NCBI GenBank assembly: GCA_040217195.1
Contig: JAVJNR010000003.1
Span: forward strand, 448,001 to 512,000
DNA: 64,000 bases
Source of the DNA: Leptospiraceae bacterium
Lineage (GTDB): Bacteria > Spirochaetota > Leptospiria > Leptospirales > Leptonemataceae
Direction of reading: 5' to 3'
The position numbers and the translations under genes were made by a program. The notes under the pieces are model-generated. The model did not search any database, was not told where the DNA came from, and saw nothing but the letters and a program-made list of their open reading frames with translations. This document shows positions 20,082 through 29,250 of the stretch, one piece after another. Numbering within the stretch: the stretch's first letter is position 1; the number at the start of each line of letters is the position of its first letter.

Positions 20082-21881
20082 TCAATCTTCGCTTTCTGGA
20101 AAAGCACGATCCGAAATGGAGCCAGAACCCCAGAATTCTCCGTCAGAAAAATTCAAAGATAGCAAGGCGCCCAGAACAATGAATGCTACGGCCATTCGCA
20201 CAGAGTAACGAGCAAGACGTGGCGATGGAGTCACGCTAACGATTAGAAGTATCATGGTCAACCAGGACAGAACAAATGCAAAGTTCCACCAGGAATCATA
20301 TTCAAAGAATACGCAATATTGACTCATGGAGCGGGCCAGCCAGATAAACCATTCCAGCAAGATGGATACCTTTTGCCACAGTAGCTGAAGAAACGGACCG
20401 TCCAGGAATGGAATCATCCGTAGCAGGATTAACAGATATAGAGGCGGCAGCATCAAACCCACAAATGGAACCATTATGATATTGCTCAGATGGGAACTGA
20501 ACGGATATTCTTGAAATGAAAAAACCAGCAAAGGAGTGATAAACATACTGGCCGAAAGGCTTAAAGCCACCTGGGATCGGAACAATGTGGCAAACCAGTG
20601 CTTGCTCGAAAACAGGCCCCTCTCGATCCGTTTATAGAATATCAATATTCCCGAAACGGCTCCAAAGGATAAATATCCGGACAATGAATAAAACCCCAGG
20701 GGATCCCAGAAAAGTAGTAGAATTCCAGTGTTGGCCAGGTGGTGTTCCACGCCAATTTTTCTGTGCAAGACAGAACGCAACGCCAGAAGCAGAATAAATG
20801 CAAAAGCCCTGCAAAGAGATACCGGGAAAAATAGAATCCATACATAGAGTGCGCAAGGAATGAGCGGAAGAAACAGAGTAGCTGGATGTTTTCTTCCCAG
20901 TCCAAGAGAAAGAGGCAAAAAAAGCAGTCCATAGAAGATTCCAAGATGCAATCCACTGGCCGCAAATAGATGCATAATACCCAGCCTGCGAATTCGATTG
21001 CGAAAGTCTCTTTCCATCCATCCTGATTCTCCCAGCATTATGGCTCGTGCCACCCGGGCAGGCTGCTGGTCCAGACCGGAAAGAAGATTCATTAAGCGAC
21101 TGCGAATGGCCGTCCTGATACCAGACGGACAGTGTGTTTTCAGTACATGCCATTTTTTATATACCCTGAGATAACTTCTGGCACCCTTGCTTCTTAGATA
21201 CTGTCCGAAGCCGCCGGTGGGCCTTTCAGGCACGCCTCGCCCGAATACCTGGAGTTTCAAAGCGCATCCTGGAAACAGATGCTGATTATCCACGCTTAAG
21301 GCAGTGCGAAAAGGCTGATTCCTTAATCTCTGGATCTCGTCTGGAAAATCTAACAAAGTTGAGATCTCATGTCCGGAAGCCTCGAAGTTTTGTACCTTTG
21401 ATTTCTGGGAGCGCAAAGAATCCCCCCGGTCCCGATGATCTTCGCCATCCAGAACGGAACTCCAGTCCTCCCCGTAGTAGGTAGGATCCCTATCCTTCTG
21501 GTAATCGAGAATCTGGATTCTTGCCAGATACAGACCCGGATTGATGGACTCCTGAATTCGGGCCTGTGCCAGAAATCGGTGCTCATAGTCGGGTTCATCC
21601 GAGTTGAAATGAAACCAGTATTGGGGAGGATTAACCGGAGGCTCTGGAACCAGTAGCGATAGAAACAGAAAGGAAGCAGGGAGAAAGAAAACGATCCATC
21701 TTCGGGCCGGAAGCACTCTCTGAATCGGTTCGAAGACAAAAGAAAGTATGAGAAGAAGCAGGATAAAGGGAATGCCTGCAAGTGCCAGCGCAAGAAAGAT
21801 TCTACCAGACTTAAAACCCAGGGTCTCAATCAGAATACCGGAAATCAGCAGAAGTCCAACCTTCCAGAAAAGAGTCCGCAT
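20082..21881 (-). CDS. comEC: ComEC/Rec2 competence membrane protein without the beta-lactamase domain
   Basis: GIMHLFAASGLH, S..RA, LSFGAV. Confidence 0.85.
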   Translation of the reverse strand: MRTLFWKVGLLLISGILIETLGFKSGRIFLALALAGIPFILLLLILSFVFEPIQRVLPARRWIVFFLPASFLFLSLLVPEPPVNPPQYWFHFNSDEPDYEHRFLAQARIQESINPGLYLARIQILDYQKDRDPTYYGEDWSSVLDGEDHRDRGDSLRSQKSKVQNFEASGHEISTLLDFPDEIQRLRNQPFRTALSVDNQHLFPGCALKLQVFGRGVPERPTGGFGQYLRSKGARSYLRVYKKWHVLKTHCPSGIRTAIRSRLMNLLSGLDQQPARVARAIMLGESGWMERDFRNRIRRLGIMHLFAASGLHLGIFYGLLFLPLSLGLGRKHPATLFLPLIPCALYVWILFFPVSLCRAFAFILLLALRSVLHRKIGVEHHLANTGILLLFWDPLGFYSLSGYLSFGAVSGILIFYKRIERGLFSSKHWFATLFRSQVALSLSASMFITPLLVFSFQEYPFSSHLSNIIMVPFVGLMLPPLYLLILLRMIPFLDGPFLQLLWQKVSILLEWFIWLARSMSQYCVFFEYDSWWNFAFVLSWLTMILLIVSVTPSPRLARYSVRMAVAFIVLGALLSLNFSDGEFWGSGSISDRAFPESED

Positions 21882-21936
21882 ACGAACCTATGTTCATTAC
21901 GAACCAGGTGTCCCCGTTTTTTAACCGGATCAATTA

Positions 21937-22905
21937 TCAGAGATACTTTAATCCAACCGCTTCCCTGGCCCGGTTCAGGTATACGCTTGCAACGGATCGG
22001 GCCTTTTGCGCTCCTTTTTCCATTACTTCCTGCAGGAAGGCAGGGTCCGCAGCCATCTCTTCGCGTTTCTTACGAGACTCTGCGAATGTATCCATAATCC
22101 GCTCAAACAATTCTTGCTTGAAATGGCCATATCCGGTTCCCGGAGTGCGAAAGCGATCTGCCAGCTCCTGCCTTTCCTTTTCATTCAAGAAAAGACAATA
22201 GATCTGATAGAGTACCGAGCTTTCTGGATCCTTGGGCTCATCTACGCCAGTGGAATCCGTAACGATTCCCATCACTGTCTTACGAAGTTTCTTTTCCGGC
22301 GCAAAAAAGTAGATGGCATTCCCATAACTTTTACTCATCTTTCGCCCATCCACTCCGGGCACCACTGCAACCTCAGATCCTATCTCCGACTCGGGCATAA
22401 CAAAAACATCGCCGTATCGATTATTGAATCTACCTGCAATATCCCTGGTAAATTCAATGTGTTGCTTCTGGTCTTTTCCCACCGGCACTTTTTCGCTGCC
22501 AAAAGCCAGAATATCTGCAGCCATAAGGATTGGGTAAAAGAACAGTCCACCGGAAGGGCTGATTCCCTGAGCCACCTTGTCTTTGTATGAATGCCCCAGC
22601 TCCAGCTGGGGAACAGTGATTGAAGTTGATAGTAACCAGGAAAGCTCCGCCACTTCAGGGACATCGCTCTGCACCCAGAAAGTGGATCGATCTGGATCCA
22701 TACCAAGCGCCAGAAAATCCAGCACTGCATTCCGAATCCCTTCTTCCAGTTTCTCCTTTTCAAAAACGGTGGTTAGCGCATGGTAGCTGGCCACGAAACA
22801 GAACAATTCCTCTTTGTCCTGATAGTGGATCATCTGTCGCATCATGGAGAAGTAATTTCCCAGGTGCAACTGTCCGCTGGGTTGGATGCCGGATAGAACT
22901 CTCAT
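21937..22905 (-). CDS. trpS: Tryptophan-tRNA ligase
   Basis: SGIQPSG.LHLGNY, YPILMAADIL, VPVGKDQ, KMSKS. Confidence 0.97.
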   Translation of the reverse strand: MRVLSGIQPSGQLHLGNYFSMMRQMIHYQDKEELFCFVASYHALTTVFEKEKLEEGIRNAVLDFLALGMDPDRSTFWVQSDVPEVAELSWLLSTSITVPQLELGHSYKDKVAQGISPSGGLFFYPILMAADILAFGSEKVPVGKDQKQHIEFTRDIAGRFNNRYGDVFVMPESEIGSEVAVVPGVDGRKMSKSYGNAIYFFAPEKKLRKTVMGIVTDSTGVDEPKDPESSVLYQIYCLFLNEKERQELADRFRTPGTGYGHFKQELFERIMDTFAESRKKREEMAADPAFLQEVMEKGAQKARSVASVYLNRAREAVGLKYL

Positions 22906-22984
22906 CAATAGCACAGAATGGACATCGCCGTCCTGTGTCATTTTTTTTCTGTGCTGCGACTGTGCCTCCACCGAAGCTGGATTT

Positions 22985-23290
22985 GTGGATATTCTGGATG
23001 AGTCGTTACTTTATTTCGGGCTGCTAATTGGCGCCATGATGACCGGATGGTCCCTCTGGATGCTGGTGCTCTATATTAAGAAGAGTCCTGAGCAAAGAAA
23101 GAAAAGTAGCGTAGGACTATGGATCATACTTCTTGCTCTCTTACTGGGGCTGGGAGCGCTGGGAAAACCCATGCGAACCGTTATAGAAAGGATTCTTGAT
23201 TCACATTATCTCAGTCCAGAGCCAACCGGGATGGCAAAGGCAGAATTTCCCGTTTCCATCCCGACTTTCAAAATACCTCTACAAAAATGA
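22985..23290 (+). CDS. Small hypothetical 2-TM membrane protein
   Basis: Likely GTG start at 22985, which avoids overlap with trpS; two hydrophobic helices; ATGA overlap with the next gene. Confidence 0.5.
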   Translation: MDILDESLLYFGLLIGAMMTGWSLWMLVLYIKKSPEQRKKSSVGLWIILLALLLGLGALGKPMRTVIERILDSHYLSPEPTGMAKAEFPVSIPTFKIPLQK

Positions 23291-23667
23291 GCGATACATA
23301 CTTTATTCTGTTTGGTCTTATCCTGGGCCTGTTGACCTTTCTACTCTACTTGCTGGTTCCCATCCGGCAGAGAAGGAAAAAAGCGGAGGAGGACCGAATC
23401 AAAGGTTATTGTCCAGTTTGCGGTCATGCTTTAAGAACTGGAGAAAGAATTCGATCCAATCAATTAGAACTGGGAAAAAGCAATCTGCGCACCTACATCA
23501 AAGGCTGTCCTTTCTGCCTGGGTGGAAAGACACCTCGAAAATGTCCGGTGTGCAGGGAAAAATTAAGCAAAGAAGACATGGTGGTGGCCTTTTCCAATCC
23601 TGAGGAAGATAAAAGGAAACTGAAAGTAATGGGCTGCAAGAAATGCTTCTCACAGGGATTCGATTGA
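23287..23667 (+). CDS. Membrane-anchored protein with four CxxC motifs (double zinc ribbon)
   Basis: N-terminal TM; CPVC, CPFC, CPVC, CKKC. Confidence 0.75.
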   Translation: MSDTYFILFGLILGLLTFLLYLLVPIRQRRKKAEEDRIKGYCPVCGHALRTGERIRSNQLELGKSNLRTYIKGCPFCLGGKTPRKCPVCREKLSKEDMVVAFSNPEEDKRKLKVMGCKKCFSQGFD

Positions 23668-23777
23668 TGAATGTTTTCTCAGGAATGCAAACCGGCAAGA
23701 CTTACCCTTCCACAAATGGAAACCGATCCATGGATCATCGGCCTGGTGTGCAAAAATCCTGCCCAACTCTGCCATTC

Positions 23778-24806
23778 ATGAAAATCAGATGCTTACCTGG
23801 ACTATCGGGTAATTCATTGCGCAGCCTGGCTGTACCATTTCTGGCCCTGGTCTTCGTATCCTTAACAGCCAACTGCGCCACCTACTGGACAAATCGCGCC
23901 CGGGATTCCGGCGATTTGTTCAGCGCTGGTATTCAGCAAGATTCCTACGGAGTCTCCTTTCGGGCCGGGCCTGCGAAAATGGGATTGCACTATAAAGATC
24001 GTGAAGGTCTGGATATGGGTTATCGCCAGGGATACGTGGATCAATTCCAGTCCCAGTCTTTTTCTGCTCTATTGTTGGGAAGTGACATACTGACAGGCCC
24101 AATAGCTGAAACAACCGGCAAGAGTTCGCAAAGCGATGATGCGCCAACAATACGCAATTCGAATCAATCTGAATCCGATCCATCCGAAAAAACTCAAGAT
24201 ACCAGGGATGCGCAGGAGCAACTTGAGCAATTCCAGAATATGGAACTGGAAGACATAAAGAAATTGCCTGCATTCCAGCAGCTGAGCCCCCAGCAGCAGG
24301 AAAAATTCATTGAGCAGTTTAAGAGACTTAAAGAGCAGCCCATTCAGGATTCAAAGGTTCCGGATTCTCCTGCTTCGGAAGCACAACCTCCAACAGAAAT
24401 GGAGACTAGAAAGAAAACCTACCAGGCACGCAGTCCGCTGGGAACCAGTGTTCCCTTTAAGGACAAGAATCCATTGCTAAAGCCCAAAAACCGACAACCC
24501 GTATCCAGGGGACTGGCTCCTGGAAGCTACCTTACTTCCTTTGAGTTAAAGGCCGGGATATACGGAGGAATCTATCTTGCTTTTCATGCAGGGGAACTAA
24601 TCGATCTTCTGGCTGGATTCATGGGAATGGACCCTATGGGCGATGATGGTCCCTTTGAGATGGGCCGACCATCCAGCGACCTGGACGGGCTAAGCGAAGC
24701 CGAAAAGAAGCTACTGGAAAAACTACCTCCGGAACAGCGAAATCAATTCCTGGAACTCAGTCCCGAAGAAAGAAAACAACTACTGGAAAGAGCGAATCAA
24801 CGGTAA
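23778..24806 (+). CDS. Lipoprotein resembling the Leptospira LIC13411 adhesin family, with Gln-rich insert and helical tail
   Basis: TANC-ATYWTNRARD and GELIDLLAGFMGMDPMGDD resemble that family from memory; not searched. Confidence 0.5.
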   Translation: MKIRCLPGLSGNSLRSLAVPFLALVFVSLTANCATYWTNRARDSGDLFSAGIQQDSYGVSFRAGPAKMGLHYKDREGLDMGYRQGYVDQFQSQSFSALLLGSDILTGPIAETTGKSSQSDDAPTIRNSNQSESDPSEKTQDTRDAQEQLEQFQNMELEDIKKLPAFQQLSPQQQEKFIEQFKRLKEQPIQDSKVPDSPASEAQPPTEMETRKKTYQARSPLGTSVPFKDKNPLLKPKNRQPVSRGLAPGSYLTSFELKAGIYGGIYLAFHAGELIDLLAGFMGMDPMGDDGPFEMGRPSSDLDGLSEAEKKLLEKLPPEQRNQFLELSPEERKQLLERANQR

Positions 24807-24809
24807 AGA

Positions 24810-25766
24810 ATGTTAGGGGCTTTCTTAACCACCATCCTCTGGTCTTTTTCCGCCATTTTCGCACGTCGATCAACACGAGTGTTTGGCCCCAGCTTTGCGA
24901 ACTTCTCCCGCCTGGTTCTGGCCTGTCTCTTCCTTGGTTTGTACACACATCTATTTGCCCCCGCTCTGGAATGGCAGTCCTTTCAGATTCTTTTCTGGAG
25001 TGGTTTAATTGGTCTTGGTCTGGGAGACCTGGCCCTTTTTGTAGCACTTCCCCGACTGGGCTCCAGACTTTCTCTACTCATGGTTCAATGCCTGGCAGCG
25101 CCCATCGCTGCATTGATTGAATGGGCCTGGCTGGGCACTACCTTAACAGGATTACAGATTGTATCCGGCGCCATCATTCTCGTAGGAATTGCCATTGCTT
25201 TTCGACCATCCGGAGAAGTTAAACCAGATACACTTGGAATCGCTATGGGTTTGCTGGCAGCCATTGGCCAGGGTGCCGGGGCCATTATCAGCAGACGCGC
25301 TTACGATACTATGGAGCTTTCTGGCATCAGCGTGGATGGTGGAAGTGCAGCGCATCAGCGGATGCTGGGTGGAGTTGTAATCTCAGGCATCTACTTTCTT
25401 CTAGAAAGCTGGTACAAGAAGCAGAAGGAGACAAACCAGGCGAAAGCGAAAGCGCGGACAATCTCGGGAACTAATGCCTATCCCACTGGCTATGCAGACA
25501 CAAAACCTATAAAGAAGACCGTCCGGGATTATATGTACATCCTGGGTAATACATTGTGTGGACCGGTCATCGGGGTGGCCTGTTATCAATGGGCCCTTTC
25601 CGAACAGCCAGGAGGTGTGGTATTACCTATTGTGGCCACCACACCCCTGGTAGCCATTCCATTCACTCGATGGCTGGAAAAGGATTCTGCAGGATTGCAG
25701 GCCTGGGGCGGTGGAATTATTTCCGTTCTGGGCGTGGCCGGCCTGGTATGGTCCACTCCAGCCTGA
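24810..25766 (+). CDS. DMT/EamA family transporter
   Basis: About 10 TM in two EamA repeats; SGLIGLGLGD. Confidence 0.88.
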   Translation: MLGAFLTTILWSFSAIFARRSTRVFGPSFANFSRLVLACLFLGLYTHLFAPALEWQSFQILFWSGLIGLGLGDLALFVALPRLGSRLSLLMVQCLAAPIAALIEWAWLGTTLTGLQIVSGAIILVGIAIAFRPSGEVKPDTLGIAMGLLAAIGQGAGAIISRRAYDTMELSGISVDGGSAAHQRMLGGVVISGIYFLLESWYKKQKETNQAKAKARTISGTNAYPTGYADTKPIKKTVRDYMYILGNTLCGPVIGVACYQWALSEQPGGVVLPIVATTPLVAIPFTRWLEKDSAGLQAWGGGIISVLGVAGLVWSTPA

Positions 25767-26084
25767 TTACTCCGAGCAATCGGGACTTCAGCAAACCATC
25801 TGCCCGGGAATCATTCAGTCAGAATTGTGGTATAATGAATTCAGGCTCATTAAACTACACATTCCGTCCTGTGCCAGAATAATTGCAGGCATACGAGGCG
25901 GGGCATACACGACTGTGAAAAAAGGCACGCTGAATTGCGAAGTAGCCCATTCAGTCCGGCGATATTATACTGCCGCTTACGCTGCGCCTACAGGCTTGCC
26001 CGGCTATGCATGCAGCCTTGCAAAGACTGCCTCGGGCCGGAGTCCATTTCGGTTATCCTGGTGGCAGATCATGGAAACTCAATC

Positions 26085-26777
26085 TTAATCAATGAATCGA
26101 TCTTTGAATCTTAGATTGGAGATGTCACAGAAGTCTCTTTTTCCAAACCACTTATAACGATTCGCAGCAATGAATGAGTACAGTCCTCGACCTATCCAGG
26201 AAAACGGAGGCCAGGACAACAGGTAGGCCAGAGGCTTTAAGAGCGGATAGATGATTCCTCCCACCTGCAAGAAAGCTTGATAGCCCTCAAATACTCGAAT
26301 TCGATTCAACGTCAAATTACCATGCTGCCCTTGCCTTGCGGCTTTAAAGTTAGATTCGGACCGATTCGCATCTAGCTTTTGAAATCTATCTGTTTCGCTT
26401 TCAGAATCCGTATCGCCGGACCGGCTTTCGACGGACGATTCTGAACGATCGTTTTCGCTTTTTCTCTTTCGCGGCACAGCAATCTTCATACTATCCGGAT
26501 CGCCTTCCAGAGCGCCAAAAATATATCTTGCCAGTCCACCCTGCAGCGAGGCGTATCGAAGCCTTCCTTTGCGGTCCAGTTTGAGCAAAGTATTCACCGA
26601 TTGATTGCAGATATTGCAGACCCCATCGAAAAAAACGATGGGCCCCTGTTTTAGCTCTCCATCAACGGACTCTAAATTCCAGGAACCTTCGCCAGCCGCG
26701 CTGTAATGGCCGGAAGCATCCGTATCATCCAGGGAAGTAGTTTCCAGATTCGATGTAGTTCTGATAGTCTCTGCCAT
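26085..26777 (-). CDS. DCC1-like thiol-disulfide oxidoreductase (DUF393) with insertion
   Basis: FFDGVCNIC, ASLQ, Y..IA.NRYKWFG..C. Confidence 0.85.
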   Translation of the reverse strand: MAETIRTTSNLETTSLDDTDASGHYSAAGEGSWNLESVDGELKQGPIVFFDGVCNICNQSVNTLLKLDRKGRLRYASLQGGLARYIFGALEGDPDSMKIAVPRKRKSENDRSESSVESRSGDTDSESETDRFQKLDANRSESNFKAARQGQHGNLTLNRIRVFEGYQAFLQVGGIIYPLLKPLAYLLSWPPFSWIGRGLYSFIAANRYKWFGKRDFCDISNLRFKDRFID

Positions 26778-26834
26778 AATTCAGTTGAAGTCATATCCCG
26801 CTCAACGGGCAGCGATTGTTATTCAATTAGAAGA

Positions 26835-27881
26835 CTAATCTTCCAGAGGCTCAAATGCATGCATTTCCAGAGATTCGGAGCGAACCCCTGTATCCAGATT
26901 GTACCCAAGAAGATCTTCAAAGTCTTTTCTTTTTTTACGTCCATCGATGTAATCATTGCACAATCTAATTAGTTCTCTGGAAAAGTTTGCAGCTCTGTGC
27001 ACCAATTCCATAAAACTTTCTGTGGACTCTTTGCCTGGATCGGCCGGATACCGCCAGGAGCGATTGTGGGGATTGTACATTTTTTCTGGAATGGTATGCC
27101 TGGGAGGAAGTATTAGATGCCGGGCCTTCCATTTATGAAGTGTAAGATTGTCGATTGTTCGCAAGAATCCTCTTACCAGCCAGGAACGAGTATCCAGTAA
27201 TTTGTTAAACTTTAGAAATCCCTGAAAGGCTTCATTGAGTACATCGCCTTTCTTGATAGATTCCAGAGTACCGATGTAATGTTCTTTGAAGTCCGATTCA
27301 TGGACTCTGGAAAGTGCATGAATCCACATTTGCCAGATATCGAAATCCATGTTTCGTCGGTCGCGCACATCCACAAACTGCAAGAAATGATATTTGTTCG
27401 GACTCATTCCCAGCCGCTCTGCAATCAAATAGGAATCCAGGGCATATTCCACTCTCAGATGATTTTCTTGAGCCTTTCTGGATCGTACTTGATCGGTGGA
27501 ATAGAAATCGCCGGTAATATAGAAAATGTAGGGATGAGTAACTATGTCTGTAGCGCAATGAGAAACATATCCGAGGGCAAATGCTTTTCTTTTTTCACGG
27601 GCTACCGAGTCTTCCCGGATTCGATCCAGAAAGGCAAGAACCAGTTCAAATACCTTTCTATGATGTGTAATGTTGCCCCAGGTAATTCCGGTGGTGTTCT
27701 TTTTCTTATTAAGCAGATGATAAAAATAGAATATGTCCGGTGCCACGGCTCCAAAGCAACCAAAGCGAAATAGGTGCTCCTGGTGTAGCATCCGGGCAAT
27801 AGATCGATCAAACTCATCTCCGTGCTCCATAAGAGCCAGAGACTGTCTGAATACTTCAAGATGTGTGAGCTTGGCGGCCAT
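26835..27881 (-). CDS. Zinc-dependent phospholipase C family protein
   Basis: N-terminal TH, GAVAPDIFYF, GYVSH..D...HP, H..VE..LD; overlaps the hisG end. Confidence 0.8.
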   Translation of the reverse strand: MAAKLTHLEVFRQSLALMEHGDEFDRSIARMLHQEHLFRFGCFGAVAPDIFYFYHLLNKKKNTTGITWGNITHHRKVFELVLAFLDRIREDSVAREKRKAFALGYVSHCATDIVTHPYIFYITGDFYSTDQVRSRKAQENHLRVEYALDSYLIAERLGMSPNKYHFLQFVDVRDRRNMDFDIWQMWIHALSRVHESDFKEHYIGTLESIKKGDVLNEAFQGFLKFNKLLDTRSWLVRGFLRTIDNLTLHKWKARHLILPPRHTIPEKMYNPHNRSWRYPADPGKESTESFMELVHRAANFSRELIRLCNDYIDGRKKRKDFEDLLGYNLDTGVRSESLEMHAFEPLED

Positions 27882-28512
27882 CTTCCATTGCCTTTCTAAA
27901 GGTCAATATTAGCCGGCGGATCTCTTCCGTATGCAATGCAAAAACGGAGCGATTCACAACCAGCATGGCCCTTGATTCCATAATCTGTTCAATCTCTGTC
28001 AATCCATTCGCACGCAGCGTAGTACCGGTGCTTACCAGGTCCACTATGCAATCGGAAAGACCTACAATGGGAGCAATTTCCACGGAACCATTTAGATGAA
28101 CGATTTCACAGCTTTTTCCCCGTTTAAAGAACCAGTCTTGAGTGAGCGATGGGTATTTGGTCGCTACTCGCAGATGGGAAGCAGTCTTGATTCTATCCAC
28201 ATCTTCGCTTCTAGCAGCCAGGGATAGTCTGCAATATCCGAATTCCAGCTCCAGAGGAATGGCCAGATCGTACTGCTTTTCTTCCATTACATCTCGACCG
28301 GTTACACCTGCATCCGCTCCTCCATGAAGTACACAGACAGGCACATCCTGGTTTCGAACCAGTAGTATGCGATACCGGCCGGTTGGATCAACAAAGCTAA
28401 GTTCTCTGGTTTCAGGAATCTGAAAATCGGCAAATCCGGAGCGACGGAAAAAATCCAGGCTTTCCTCGGACATTCGACCGGACGGAAGGGCTATGGTGAA
28501 CAGATTGCTCAT
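27856..28512 (-). CDS. hisG: ATP phosphoribosyltransferase, short form
   Basis: IALPSGR, VATKYP, GSVEIAP, IVDLVSTGTTL. Confidence 0.96.
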   Translation of the reverse strand: MSNLFTIALPSGRMSEESLDFFRRSGFADFQIPETRELSFVDPTGRYRILLVRNQDVPVCVLHGGADAGVTGRDVMEEKQYDLAIPLELEFGYCRLSLAARSEDVDRIKTASHLRVATKYPSLTQDWFFKRGKSCEIVHLNGSVEIAPIVGLSDCIVDLVSTGTTLRANGLTEIEQIMESRAMLVVNRSVFALHTEEIRRLILTFRKAMEDGRQAHTS

Positions 28513-29249
28513 CGAGCAATGAGAAAAGCCGCAGCAGCAGCACGGATATCCTGGATCTGATCCTGCTGCTCAATGGCCCAGAGATCTCCAAAAGCCTGGT
28601 CGGCCTGCTCGGTATTTCCCTGCTGAGTTAATACCCGTCCCTTTCCGAACAGGGCCAGGGCCTTCATGAAGGGATCGTCGCCACCGTAGGTCAGCATTTG
28701 ATCAAACTGGGAGGCGGATTTTTCGAATGACTCTGCCTTCTCATAGTATACTGCGGACTGATAGGAATAGAATGCTTTTAGCTCGGGCATTTCCATTTCC
28801 TCGGCCAGCAAAGCTGCGGTATCACCGGCTTTGTCGTATTCATCTGCCTGACGATAAAGATCCAGTTCATAGATCAGAGCTCTTCGCCGAGCGCTTTCCG
28901 TGGTATGCTTCTGCCGGTATTCATCTAGCAACCGGGCCCCGGGAGCAGTGCTTTCAATGTTCTCTCCCAGACGTGGATCGCCCACGAGCTCATCGAATGC
29001 TTCTCTGGCCTGACGCTCCTGGTTTTCCTGGTAAAAACGATAACTAATAGCAGAAATGAGCAAGATCACGGACAGACCAAGAACACCAAGCACAAGCTTG
29101 AGGTTGGTACGAACATGATAGAATACTTTATGCAGAAATAGCTCAACAGGCCCGCCTTCGAAATCCCTGAACGGATCGTAGTTGTTGCTAGTGGATTGTG
29201 CAGTTGTCTTGACTCTTCGATTACTCTTGCGCGTGGCTCCGCCTGCCAT
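28509..29249 (-). CDS. Single-TM TPR protein (YfgM-like)
   Basis: TM near aa 52-70 followed by helical TPR-like repeats. Confidence 0.7.
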   Translation of the reverse strand: MAGGATRKSNRRVKTTAQSTSNNYDPFRDFEGGPVELFLHKVFYHVRTNLKLVLGVLGLSVILLISAISYRFYQENQERQAREAFDELVGDPRLGENIESTAPGARLLDEYRQKHTTESARRRALIYELDLYRQADEYDKAGDTAALLAEEMEMPELKAFYSYQSAVYYEKAESFEKSASQFDQMLTYGGDDPFMKALALFGKGRVLTQQGNTEQADQAFGDLWAIEQQDQIQDIRAAAAAFLIAR

Positions 29250-29250
29250 A

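Noticed and set aside
20082..21881. ComEC as a truncated pseudogene
   Set aside because: The ORF is intact, and ComEC without the beta-lactamase domain is a known architecture
22906..22984. T-box or attenuator upstream of trpS
   Set aside because: The gap is about 80 nt and has no T-box sequence or terminator
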